A DNA stretch of 64,000 bases. Origin: Nitrospirales bacterium (GTDB lineage Bacteria > Nitrospirota > Nitrospiria > Nitrospirales > UBA8639). The notes below the pieces were generated by a model that saw nothing but the letters and a program-made list of their open reading frames with translations, searched no databases and was not told where the DNA came from. The stretch spans positions 8,474 to 72,473 of the forward strand of contig JAJDBP010000014.1 in NCBI GenBank assembly GCA_029261295.1, read 5' to 3'. A program made the translations under genes and the position numbers. How positions within the stretch are numbered: the stretch's first letter is position 1; each line of letters starts with the position of its first letter. This document shows positions 45,830-54,557 of this stretch, one piece after another.

Positions 45830-46516
45830 CTACTGAGCAACACCCCCACCTCGGACGCACCAGAAAAAATGATCCTGTGTCTTAGCCAAGGAACCCACGC
45901 CCCCATCGGAGAAATTCACGTACCCAGCAAACAAGTCGGGATTCTCCTCCGGGAGTAAAACAGCGGGGGACGCGGACCAATAGGCAGAATTTTGAATGTT
46001 GCCAAAGGGATGACCAAGTGGAAGCTTCGGACTGCCGGAATGAGTCATATCCAGCAAGCTGGCCAACTCGTAACGAAACGGCAAACGCCAGCCTTTCCTC
46101 CCGGCGACATTGAGGGTTCCGCAATCATGGCCAGAATCCCACCATTCCTGAGCGAGGTCGGAGGGAAATCGTTGCCAGGTCAAGCCCGTGTCTTTATCCA
46201 ACACCGCAGCTCCGTTGGGATGCCCGAATAGCCCGGTGGGCCAAATACATTTAAATCGTGTGGAATTACAGCCATCCACCCCACCATTATTGGCTGGCAG
46301 TTTTTGATCCCAAGAGGGTTGCGTGGGCGTGGTCGCAATGGGATTGCTCGACCCGTTGACGGCCGAGCCCGGCGGCTCCAAATTGCCCGCGCCGGTCGCC
46401 GCCGGCTGGGGGCCTGGCACAATAATAATTTGCGCCTGCACGCTAGCCGCGAATAACCCAACACTCACACTCATAGGGATCAGAATATTGATTATTGATT
46501 TTGGCCAATTGCACAT
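45830..46516 (-). CDS. Secreted DUF1566 protein, paralog 3 of 7
   Basis: 228 aa. Landmarks are GNLEPPGSAVNGSSNPIATTPTQPSWDQKLPA, GGVDGCNSTRFKCIWP, TGLTWQRFP, GRKGWRLPFRYELASLL, HPFGNIQ, YWSAS and FWCVRGGG. Confidence 0.85.
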   Translation of the reverse strand: MCNWPKSIINILIPMSVSVGLFAASVQAQIIIVPGPQPAATGAGNLEPPGSAVNGSSNPIATTPTQPSWDQKLPANNGGVDGCNSTRFKCIWPTGLFGHPNGAAVLDKDTGLTWQRFPSDLAQEWWDSGHDCGTLNVAGRKGWRLPFRYELASLLDMTHSGSPKLPLGHPFGNIQNSAYWSASPAVLLPEENPDLFAGYVNFSDGGVGSLAKTQDHFFWCVRGGGVAQ

Positions 46517-46548
46517 GATTCAACACCCCGTGGTTAGTAAAAAAATGA

Positions 46549-47208
46549 TTAATAATGCGTCAACGGTCCCCCACCGCGCACACACCAAGCCCGTAACGTA
46601 TCAGAACTATTATGACGTTGAAGAAATGTAAGATCTTGAAAATCCATGAGCCAATATCGGGAAGGATCTTGAATATCCTGAGTGGCAGACCAATAAAAAT
46701 TGCCAATGTTTTGAAATGGATGTCCCACTGGAAGGTCGGGATTACCGGTCGGATTGTTGGGGTCCATCAGACTGAGTAACTCGTGAATAGAGGGAAGACG
46801 CCAGCCCAACTGGCCACCGGTTATTCGTCGCAAACAATGCTTGCGAGCACCATAAGGTAGATTAGGATTATTCAGCCCAAAATGACTGCTGGTAGCAGGT
46901 GATTTCTCCCACACGATTCCCGTGTTTTTATCCAATACAGCATCACCGCCCATTACTAACTTGAATCGCTCTGCTGTTGGCAAATCTTGATCCCACGACG
47001 GCTGCGTCTGCGTCGAAGCCGCTGGATTGCCATTCGTATCTACCGCCGTCCCCGGCGGGTCCAAATTGCCACTTTGCCCCTGCGCGAGACTTACACCTAC
47101 ACCGTAAAACACCAAAAGACTGAACAACACCTGCATCCCAAATGGTTTTACAATAATCATGATGCCCCCAAATTTTTTCATTCCATAAGAAACGGACAGT
47201 GATCCCAT
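46549..47208 (-). CDS. Secreted DUF1566 protein, paralog 4 of 7
   Basis: 219-aa ORF. By analogy with its siblings the likely start is ATG 47160 (MIIVKPFGMQVLFSL...), preceded by GGGGG. Landmarks are GNLDPPGTAVDTNGNPAASTQTQPSWDQDLPTAERF, TGIVWEKSP, GGQLGWRLPSIHELLSL, HPFQNI, YWSAT and AWCVRGGGP. Confidence 0.85.
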   Translation of the reverse strand: MGSLSVSYGMKKFGGIMIIVKPFGMQVLFSLLVFYGVGVSLAQGQSGNLDPPGTAVDTNGNPAASTQTQPSWDQDLPTAERFKLVMGGDAVLDKNTGIVWEKSPATSSHFGLNNPNLPYGARKHCLRRITGGQLGWRLPSIHELLSLMDPNNPTGNPDLPVGHPFQNIGNFYWSATQDIQDPSRYWLMDFQDLTFLQRHNSSDTLRAWCVRGGGPLTHY

Positions 47209-47220
47209 ACGTATCGACGT

Positions 47221-47880
47221 TTAATATTCTGACAACGGCCCGCCACCGCGGACACACCAGACAAAGGAGAGGTTCGTCTTCGTAAAGGTACCGACGTTAC
47301 CATTGCCGAAGCCTACGACCCACGCATCCGAGGGCAACGCCGCATTCGTCGTCGCCGACCAATAAAGAGATGTGAATTGAATGTTGTTAAACGGGTGGTT
47401 CACAGGAAGCGCCGGATTGAGTTGATCGGCATCTACCAGGCTCGCCAACTCCTGCATTGACGGAAGCCGCCAGCCTTTCTGTCCGCCGCCTGTGCGGTGG
47501 TTCGCGCATTCTAGTCGCGCAAATGTCCAATTAAGCCTGTCTGCCAGGGTGATACCGAGCACACCATCAGTCTCGCCGGGCGACAGCTCCCAGACCAATC
47601 CAGTATTTTTGTCTAACACACCCCAGTCCTCGATCGCGACGGGACCACCGTCGCCACCGATTATTCTCGTCAGTACTTGAAAGCGTTCATTAGCTGGCAA
47701 GAGCTGATCCCAGGACGGCTGCGTCTGCGTGGTCGGGGTCGGGTCACCGCGCCCATTCACCGCCGTGGACGGTGGCTCTAAACTGCCACTTTGCGCCAAC
47801 ACCACGCTCCCGCCACATCCGTATGCCACCACCACACTCAGCAATAATTGTATCCCCACTCGTTTAGAAGTATTCATCAC
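47221..47880 (-). CDS. Secreted DUF1566 protein, paralog 5 of 7
   Basis: 219 aa. Landmarks are GSLEPPSTAVNGRGDPTPTTQTQPSWDQLLPANERF, TGLVWELSP, GGQKGWRLPSMQELASL, HPFNNIQ, YWSATT and VWCVRGGGP. Confidence 0.85.
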   Translation of the reverse strand: MMNTSKRVGIQLLLSVVVAYGCGGSVVLAQSGSLEPPSTAVNGRGDPTPTTQTQPSWDQLLPANERFQVLTRIIGGDGGPVAIEDWGVLDKNTGLVWELSPGETDGVLGITLADRLNWTFARLECANHRTGGGQKGWRLPSMQELASLVDADQLNPALPVNHPFNNIQFTSLYWSATTNAALPSDAWVVGFGNGNVGTFTKTNLSFVWCVRGGGPLSEY

Positions 47881-47910
47881 GATTGCTCCATCGGCCTAAG
47901 ATTACTCACC

Positions 47911-48546
47911 CTATTTTCCTCGCACACACCAAAACAATTCTTGATTTATCACGGCATTACTCGTGGTACCCGTCCTGCCGGTCTGAAAATCCACTAGTCT
48001 CACACCTATCTGGCTGAACGTCGGATCCAACGTGGCTGTCCAGTACCTCTGGCCTTGAACGTTCAGAAACGGATGGCCAGGAGGGAGCGCAGGCGGACCA
48101 CCTGAGGGGCAGTTATTACAAATATGGTCGGCGTTCACGAGACTCGCTAATTCATGTACTTCCGGAAGTCGCCATCCCAATCTGCCACCCACCTTGCTGC
48201 TAGTACATTGGTTGTACGCAATATTCCATGACATGAAGGAAGCCTGCGGCGTCCGTTCCCATACCAAGCCGGTCTCGCGATCTAGCACACCCCAATCGTC
48301 AAACGCGATGGGGCCCCCACCGCCGCCGAGTATTCTGGTCAACACTTGAAACCGTTCGCTAGTTGGTAAGAGCTGATCCCACGACGGCTGCGTTTGCGTG
48401 GTCGCCAACGGATCGCCACTGCCATTCACCGCCGAAGCCGGCGGCTCCAGATTGCCACTCTGCGCCTGTGCCACACCCACACTCACGCCTAACCCTAGAA
48501 GGAGGCTCAACCACACCTGGAGTTTCAATTGATAAAAACTTGTCAT
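47911..48546 (-). CDS. Secreted DUF1566 protein, paralog 6 of 7
   Basis: 211 aa starting at ATG, preceded by TGAGGG. Landmarks are GNLEPPASAVNGSGDPLATTQTQPSWDQLLPTSERF, TGLVWERTP, GGRLGWRLPEVHELASL, HPFLNVQ, YWTAT and FWCVRGK. Confidence 0.85.
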   Translation of the reverse strand: MTSFYQLKLQVWLSLLLGLGVSVGVAQAQSGNLEPPASAVNGSGDPLATTQTQPSWDQLLPTSERFQVLTRILGGGGGPIAFDDWGVLDRETGLVWERTPQASFMSWNIAYNQCTSSKVGGRLGWRLPEVHELASLVNADHICNNCPSGGPPALPPGHPFLNVQGQRYWTATLDPTFSQIGVRLVDFQTGRTGTTSNAVINQELFWCVRGK

Positions 48547-48624
48547 AATGCCCTCATATAAATAATAAAAAAAAGACTAATTCTTTTACATCCTGCCATC
48601 TCACCGGACATGCTCACTCCATGG

Positions 48625-49290
48625 TTAATGCAGCGTCTGATGCGTATTGCCATCAAAATGCTGACTGCCGCGCACACACCACGGCCGAGGTGATTCGTTT
48701 ATAGAACTCACGGGCAGAACCGCGCCGTTTCGAATATGCACCAGCCACCCGGCATTCGGGATCTCTTCATCCGCGGTGGCCGTCCACAAAAGTGAGGAAT
48801 CTGCACCGCTCGTAATAATATTGATAAAGGGATGACCGGTGGGTAAAGCTGGATTGTTTCCCGTATCAAGCAAACTGGCCAATTGCTCTCGCATCGGCAA
48901 TTGCCAACCTTTACGACCACCAACCTCCCGATTGGCACAATGCGAAATATGGTCTCGCCAACTGCTTGGCAAAGGATTTGTATTGAACGGCGAGCGATCC
49001 CAGACGGCTCCGGTCTCATTATCTCGCACTGCCGTATCGCCCCAAATGCAGGAGAAACGATCTGAATCGCAGCCGACTCGACCTGGTGTCGTGTCGCCAT
49101 TGGTCGAATCCAGTTTTTTATCCCATGAAGGGAATTGGCTTCCCGTGGATCTGGGATTGCCATTGCCGTCAAACGCGGTAACAGGCGGCTCCAAACTCCC
49201 CGCACTGGTTACCCCTGCTGTGCCTATGAACAGCATCAACCCGGTACACCAAAGCATTTTCTGCAACCAATCAATACACTCTTTTTTCAT
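48625..49290 (-). CDS. Secreted DUF1566 protein, paralog 7 of 7 (the most divergent; first gene of the array)
   Basis: 221 aa starting at ATG, preceded by GGAGGG. Landmarks are GSLEPPVTAFDGNGNPRSTGSQFPSWDKKL, VGCDSDRFSCIW, TGAVWDRSP, GGRKGWQLPMREQLASLL, HPFINI, LWTATA and PWCVRGSQ, plus a short extra C-terminal extension. Confidence 0.8.
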   Translation of the reverse strand: MKKECIDWLQKMLWCTGLMLFIGTAGVTSAGSLEPPVTAFDGNGNPRSTGSQFPSWDKKLDSTNGDTTPGRVGCDSDRFSCIWGDTAVRDNETGAVWDRSPFNTNPLPSSWRDHISHCANREVGGRKGWQLPMREQLASLLDTGNNPALPTGHPFINIITSGADSSLLWTATADEEIPNAGWLVHIRNGAVLPVSSINESPRPWCVRGSQHFDGNTHQTLH

Positions 49291-49908
49291 GGCTTGCCCT
49301 CCGCCTTTTTAAAAAGGGGTTAGCATCTTCTCATCCCTGAAGGCGCTAAACCACTAGTTTGTGAGACAATTCAGAAATCCATTCTGGATTGCAGTACTAA
49401 TTCTTTGCCTGTGTTCATTGTTCAAATACTGAAAATAGTTTGGGCCTTTTCTGAAGGCCTCTCATTTCCCCTTACAAAGAACTCCGTTTTACCCACATTT
49501 TTCCCCAACCAAATGACGAACCCTGCCAGCTTGCTGCGGGGTTCTTCATTTCTAATCATACCCAGAAGAGATCCCTTTTTCTATTTTGTCACATCAATCG
49601 CCGTCTGGTCGCCCAAATCATGGAGCTTCGTTCGGAACTGAGGTTTGTGCAACTGCAACAACAATAACTCCGGGACCTCACCGCGCATGTCGTTCGCTTG
49701 AAATCGCAAGTTAGGCATCAGCTAGTTCTAGATGTTCTTGCAATTACTTATCGAGTCATACGCAGGCTGCCCGTTTCAACAGAGGACAGGGTCCATACTC
49801 TGCATTCATTGGAGGGCAGACTCATTATTATTGCTATTTGATGACTTTCCCCCCTGGCTCGATCAATGACAGTCTTCATGGAATTACTCGCTCGCTGCAG
49901 ACCCCGTC

Positions 49909-52164
49909 TTGACTTATTTCATGGCTTTAATAAGGATAGGGGCAGTTGGGGGCACGAATGCTTGGGGCTTTTTGCTCCCCCATCAGGAGACCCGGGATGG
50001 ATACCGTTCCGGGTCTGCCATTTCAAAACGAAATGCCTCATGGTTTCCCATCCCCTCATCAACACCAAGGAGCCACGACATGCTTGTCACACCCAGCCTA
50101 TGCCGTACCCCACGATCTTCTGTTTTCATTCTGATGGGACTCATCTGTTTGCTGCTCACCACCTCACTGGCTTTCGCCAAAAAACCCACGACGGCCACGA
50201 ATGATATTGACGGCGATCGAGTGGTGAATCCCATGACCGATGCGCAAATCATTTCGCGGCATGCGATGGGTCTACGCGGCCAAGCCATGGTAGACGGGGT
50301 GGTCAACCCGGCAGGTACGCGCACCGATCCACAAGAAATTGAAGCTTATCTGGATGCCAATGCCGTGGCTCCTGATGAGTTCCTGACAATTTCGGAAGTG
50401 CTGGTGGATCTGGTTAATAAAACCTTGACGATTACTGGCCGCAATTTTCTGTCGGTCACCGACGCTGAAGTGACACTCGGCACGGATGCCGTGCCCCTGA
50501 GCCTGGCAACCGTACCAACAGATACCGAGATTGTGGCGAACCTTCCGGCAGGACTCGCGGATGGCGATTATTTATTAGCGATGTCTACAGGGGAAGCCCC
50601 CAGTCAGAATGACAGTTATTCCCTCACTATTGGCGAAGGTCCAGTCGGACCGGAAGGTCCTCCCGGCCCCGAAGGGCCACAAGGGATTCAAGGTGGACCG
50701 GGACCGCAAGGTCCAATTGGGCCACAGGGGCCCGAAGGCCCCTTAAACCCTAACGTCTTAACGGAAAGTAATAACACCGCCGTGGGATTCAATACCTTGT
50801 CCAGCAACACGACGGGTAGTTCCAACACCGCGTTCGGAGCAGAGGCCTTGAGTGCGAATACAACGGGTGATGACAACACCGCCCTGGGAAGAAATGCCTT
50901 AGTCGCCAATACCATGGGGACACTCAACACGGCCGTGGGGTCCTCAGCCTTGCGCAAAAACACCACGGGCGGTAACAACACCGCTGTGGGAACCTTCGCC
51001 TTAGGAGTCAATACTACGGCGTTAAACAATACCGCTGTGGGAAAAGAGGCTTTAGGTGCCAACACAACCGGCGGTAACAACACAGCTGTGGGATCTGTTG
51101 CTTTGCGTAACAATACCACCGCCTTTAGCAACACCGCTCTGGGAACCGCGGCCATGAACCTTAACACGACGGGCAGTAACAACACTGCCATTGGAGCATT
51201 TACTTTACTCCTTAATACTTTAGGGGATAGCAACACCGCTCTGGGAACCGCGACCATGAACCTTAACACGACAGGCAGTAGTAATACTGCCATAGGAACA
51301 AGTGCCTTAGCCGCCAACACCACGGGGAATCAGAACCTCGCTGCGGGATCCTCTGCCTTACGCACCAACACCACGGGTGATAGCAACACCGCCATGGGAG
51401 ATCAAGCCCTGCTTTTCAACACCACAGGTCGTATCAACACTGCCGTGGGAGATTCCGCCTTGAGCAGCAACACGACAGGGATCGACAATATTGCGGTTGG
51501 AATTAGTGCCGGAACAAATCAAACGACAGGAAGTCACAATATCTACCTTGGAAATTTTGGCGTTGCCGAAGAGTCAGGACACATGCGTCTTGGTCAACCT
51601 GGCTTCCAATTCCAAACATTTATGGCTGGCATTCGGGGAGTGACAACTGGCGTCAATAATGCAGTTTCGGTCATGATTGATTCCGCTGGACAACTTGGGA
51701 CGGTTTCCTCTTCTCGTCGATACAAAGAAGACATTCAGGATATGGCCGAGGTAAGTGCGCGGATACTCCAATTGCGACCAGTCACGTTTCGCTATAAAAA
51801 GGCCTTTACTAATGAAATAAAGCCCATCCAGTATGGCTTAATCGCTGAAGAGGTGGCGGAGGTCTATCCCGATTTGGTGGTCTATAACGCGAAAGGCCAC
51901 GTCGAAACGGTGCAATATTATAAATTGATCCCACTCATGCTGCATGCCGTGCAACAACAAGAGACACAGTTGCAAGAGGAACACGACACCAATCGCCACC
52001 TGCTCTCGCAACTCCAAGAACAAGCAGAAGAACTGCAAGATCTCCGTTCAGCACTCACATTCGTACAGAAGCAGAATCGCCAACTGCAAGATCTGAGGGC
52101 GCGCCTTGTCAAATTGGAATCGCAACTCGAAACTCGTTCATTCCTGCAAGCGCAATTGCCCTAA
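49909..52164 (+). CDS. Collagen-stalk exported protein, head type C. It has the same N-terminal module, a collagen helix, about 19 copies of a 14-residue tail-fibre/YadA-head-like beta-helix repeat, a peptidase S74 intramolecular-chaperone auto-processing domain, and a coiled coil.
   Basis: The ORF is open from TTG 49909. The probable start is ATG 50080 (AAGGAG at 50066-50071), giving [33 protein letters not shown]. Landmarks:
- Dockerin-like repeat: [53 protein letters not shown].
- IPT-like segment: [22 protein letters not shown].
- Collagen tract: [36 protein letters not shown].
- Head repeats: NTA(V/L/I)G..AL..NTTG...
- S74 motif: [12 protein letters not shown]...LRPVTFRYK...[19 protein letters not shown]...[11 protein letters not shown]. 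Confidence 0.85.
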   Translation: MTYFMALIRIGAVGGTNAWGFLLPHQETRDGYRSGSAISKRNASWFPIPSSTPRSHDMLVTPSLCRTPRSSVFILMGLICLLLTTSLAFAKKPTTATNDIDGDRVVNPMTDAQIISRHAMGLRGQAMVDGVVNPAGTRTDPQEIEAYLDANAVAPDEFLTISEVLVDLVNKTLTITGRNFLSVTDAEVTLGTDAVPLSLATVPTDTEIVANLPAGLADGDYLLAMSTGEAPSQNDSYSLTIGEGPVGPEGPPGPEGPQGIQGGPGPQGPIGPQGPEGPLNPNVLTESNNTAVGFNTLSSNTTGSSNTAFGAEALSANTTGDDNTALGRNALVANTMGTLNTAVGSSALRKNTTGGNNTAVGTFALGVNTTALNNTAVGKEALGANTTGGNNTAVGSVALRNNTTAFSNTALGTAAMNLNTTGSNNTAIGAFTLLLNTLGDSNTALGTATMNLNTTGSSNTAIGTSALAANTTGNQNLAAGSSALRTNTTGDSNTAMGDQALLFNTTGRINTAVGDSALSSNTTGIDNIAVGISAGTNQTTGSHNIYLGNFGVAEESGHMRLGQPGFQFQTFMAGIRGVTTGVNNAVSVMIDSAGQLGTVSSSRRYKEDIQDMAEVSARILQLRPVTFRYKKAFTNEIKPIQYGLIAEEVAEVYPDLVVYNAKGHVETVQYYKLIPLMLHAVQQQETQLQEEHDTNRHLLSQLQEQAEELQDLRSALTFVQKQNRQLQDLRARLVKLESQLETRSFLQAQLP
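50632..50739 (+). repeat. Collagen-like G-X-Y tract (about 12 triplets)
   Basis: Translates to [36 protein letters not shown]. Confidence 0.9.
50770..51555 (+). repeat. About 19 tandem copies of a 42-bp (14-aa) repeat encoding NTA-x-G-x2-AL-x2-NTTG-x2
   Basis: The translation reads [74 protein letters not shown] and so on. The antisense 211-aa ORF 50688..51323 is a shadow of this periodicity. Confidence 0.9.
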
Positions 52165-52385
52165 GAAACTTCGGTGTTGAGTAAGGCTGCGGCCTCCAGG
52201 GGCATGGCCGATGATCGGAGATAGGTTTTAACCGATTTTCAGAGCCCAGGCCAATCAACAAAAGGCTGGCGCTGGGCATATTAACAATGATCCTTTAGAA
52301 GAAGTGAATTAAATTTTGGTGTAAAGCTATTTCAATTATGAGATCTCATCGATCCCCAAAACATTCCTTTTCCTACCGAAAACTC

Positions 52386-52472
52386 TTAACCTTTTGGCCA
52401 CATCCACTGCATTCCAGCGACACTCGCCCCGAGCAGTAATAATCCAATAAGAATGGCTATTTCTAACATCAT
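52386..52472 (-). CDS. Possible 28-aa hydrophobic membrane peptide
   Basis: It starts at ATGATG preceded by AAGGGAG. The translation is MMLEIAILIGLLLLGASVAGMQWMWPKG followed by a stop. It has a single TM-like segment and no family assignment is possible by eye. Confidence 0.3.
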   Translation of the reverse strand: MMLEIAILIGLLLLGASVAGMQWMWPKG

Positions 52473-52819
52473 GGGATTCTCCCTTACGACAGGTTATTAA
52501 TCATACCTGCTTGAAATGCAAAGGATGTTCCACAAGTCCTACGTATTGAAACAGGACTGTGCCTATCCGTTTGCAAGATTCACCAAAGGAAGATCATGGG
52601 TAAAGATGCCCTGCGAAAACCGAAATAAACAGTTGATAACTCTATGGTTTGATAGCAAATGAATCTGTGCAGAGCATAGCCATGTGAGCGTTCACTGACA
52701 TCAGACAGGGGGAAACTGGGCTTAGTCCCCGAAGGCCATCTCCAAGATAGTGTCTACAATCTATCCTTATGACAACTTTGTTGGCATATGGCTTGAGAGG
52801 CCCGCCCCTCTCAGGAAGA

Positions 52820-54496
52820 CTAGTCAGGAAGTTCAGCGATTCGTTCCATGGCTTGAGTGACCTGTTGACGGAAGAGTGGGGAACTGGCCATGAGCAGATG
52901 GAAATCCTGGGGAGTCACACTCACGACGTCGACTGGCGTGAGACACCGAACCGTGGCCTGTCGTCTCACCTCTTTCAGTAACGCGATTTCACCGAATGAT
53001 TCGCCGGCTCGACGAACCGCCAAATGGTGTTCCGGCTGTCCGGGTTCGTCTCGAAAAATTTCTACCTCCCCCGATTCGAGCAAATAAAATCGGTCTCCGA
53101 GTTCTCCTTGGCGGATTATGATCTCACCTTGACGGAAGTGTGCTCGCTGCAACTGCGTGGTTCGATGCACATCGATTTTGGTTATGTCACGTGGGAATAG
53201 CAGGTCTAATAACCAATCAATGCCCACGCGGAACTTGGTGCGCATCCCTGGCAATTTCAGAAAATAGACCAGCCGCCACAAAAACCACGCCGGCATGCCG
53301 GAGAACTTCCATCCGAATAGTTGCGCTACTGCAGAACGATGCCCAACGACTGCCATCTGGCCCAAGGCGCGATGTTGAAAAGAATGGACCGGTGCTTGAC
53401 GAATAGTGGCCAGCACATTCCGCGCCAAGTGGATGCCTTGTCGAGTGGCGTATTGCGCGGTCGGTGGGCACCATCCTCCCCCTTTCAAGTCGGGCACCCA
53501 GGCCGCATCGCCACAAGCCCACACATCCCTTTTCCCTTGAACACGTAAATTTGACTCCACAATCAGGCGGCCCATGTGTTGAGGAAGGTCACTTTGTAAC
53601 ACAAAGGGATGAGGAGCATTCCCCACGGTACAAATTACCGTACTCGCTTCTATCGTCCTCTCATCGTCTAAGAGTACCCCCCAGGGCGTTACTTCACGTA
53701 CCCGGCGTTTTAAGAGAATTTCAATGCCGCGGTCGCCTAATTTCCGAGAGGCATAGTCTGCCAACCCCACATCAAGTTCTTTTAAGATCCTCTCCCCACT
53801 TTGTACGAGAATGAGTCGATGTCCCATCGCCTGTGCTCGTGGGTAATACCGCAAAACCGAAGCAATCATATCGTTTATTTCCGCAGCCGTTTCCACTCCA
53901 CTGAACCCTCCGCCAATAGTGACAAAGGTCAAGGCCTTTTTTCGTAGCGCTTCATTTTCGGTCAGCTCTGCTTCTTCGAGACAGGTCAACACATGATTGC
54001 GCAAATGAAGCGCATCGCCTAAATTCTTCATGGGAAACGCATGGGCGGCCATCCCCGGGATTCGAGAATGATCCACGGTCATCCCCACACAAATCAATAA
54101 TTGGTCGTAAGCAAGCGTTAATACATGCCGAGCATCAGATCCGACGACCTGAATTTCCTGATCTTTCGTATTAATGTCGCGAACCGTGGCACAATGAAAT
54201 TGCACTCGGGGGCATAACTGACGCAAGGGGATGGAGACATGAGTGGGTTCTATACTACAGGACACGACTTCAGGTAACAGTGGCTGAAAGACAAAAAAGT
54301 TTTCGTCACTCACCAGTTGTATGTGAATCGAATCATCACCAGCGGTTAATCGTCCGAGTTCTTGAGCCGCACTGATTCCGGCAAATCCGCCGCCGAGAAT
54401 GAGAAGGTTGTGAGAGGTGGCCATGCGTCCAAACCACTTGGCTTTAAGGTAACGAAGGAGAAAGGGGTTGGCTCGACTTGAGCCATGTATCTTCAA
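52820..54496 (-). CDS. Type II NADH dehydrogenase (NDH-2)-like FAD/NAD(P) oxidoreductase fused to a C-terminal cyclic-nucleotide-binding domain
   Basis: 558-aa ORF. The likely start is ATG 54424 (MATSHNLLILGGGFAGISAAQEL, first GxGxxG). The second dinucleotide fold is FVTIGGGFSGVETAAE. Another landmark is VWACGDAA. A membrane-anchoring amphipathic region is FSGMPAWFLWRLVYFLKLPG. The cNMP-binding segment is FRQGEIIIRQGELGDRFYLLESGEVEIFRD...RRAGESFGEIALL...RQATVRC. Confidence 0.85.
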   Translation of the reverse strand: MKIHGSSRANPFLLRYLKAKWFGRMATSHNLLILGGGFAGISAAQELGRLTAGDDSIHIQLVSDENFFVFQPLLPEVVSCSIEPTHVSIPLRQLCPRVQFHCATVRDINTKDQEIQVVGSDARHVLTLAYDQLLICVGMTVDHSRIPGMAAHAFPMKNLGDALHLRNHVLTCLEEAELTENEALRKKALTFVTIGGGFSGVETAAEINDMIASVLRYYPRAQAMGHRLILVQSGERILKELDVGLADYASRKLGDRGIEILLKRRVREVTPWGVLLDDERTIEASTVICTVGNAPHPFVLQSDLPQHMGRLIVESNLRVQGKRDVWACGDAAWVPDLKGGGWCPPTAQYATRQGIHLARNVLATIRQAPVHSFQHRALGQMAVVGHRSAVAQLFGWKFSGMPAWFLWRLVYFLKLPGMRTKFRVGIDWLLDLLFPRDITKIDVHRTTQLQRAHFRQGEIIIRQGELGDRFYLLESGEVEIFRDEPGQPEHHLAVRRAGESFGEIALLKEVRRQATVRCLTPVDVVSVTPQDFHLLMASSPLFRQQVTQAMERIAELPD

Positions 54497-54557
54497 AAAA
54501 ATAATAACATGCTGGAGAATTGCCGCCCAGTTCTCTAAGGGATATTCTGTGCTATTT

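Noticed and set aside
44399-49290. A diversity-generating retroelement (DGR) acting on the DUF1566 array, suggested by the hypervariable C-terminal loop in a lectin-like fold ending in a conserved CVRGG.
   Set aside because: No reverse-transcriptase ORF is visible anywhere in the 64 kb, and I could not see a template repeat with adenine-specific mismatches. Divergence between paralogs is also spread over the leader and core. This still deserves a computational VR/TR search against the whole genome.
50688-51323. A 211-aa minus-strand ORF with striking periodic sequence ([12 protein letters not shown]...).
   Set aside because: It is the antisense shadow of the 42-bp NTA.G..AL..NTTG repeat in the plus-strand fibre gene.
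49909-52164. A prophage or tailocin remnant, suggested by the tail-fibre repeats and S74 chaperone.
   Set aside because: There are no capsid, terminase, portal, sheath, tube, baseplate, lysis or integrase genes and no att-like repeats nearby. The gene shares its N-terminal module with two non-phage neighbours.
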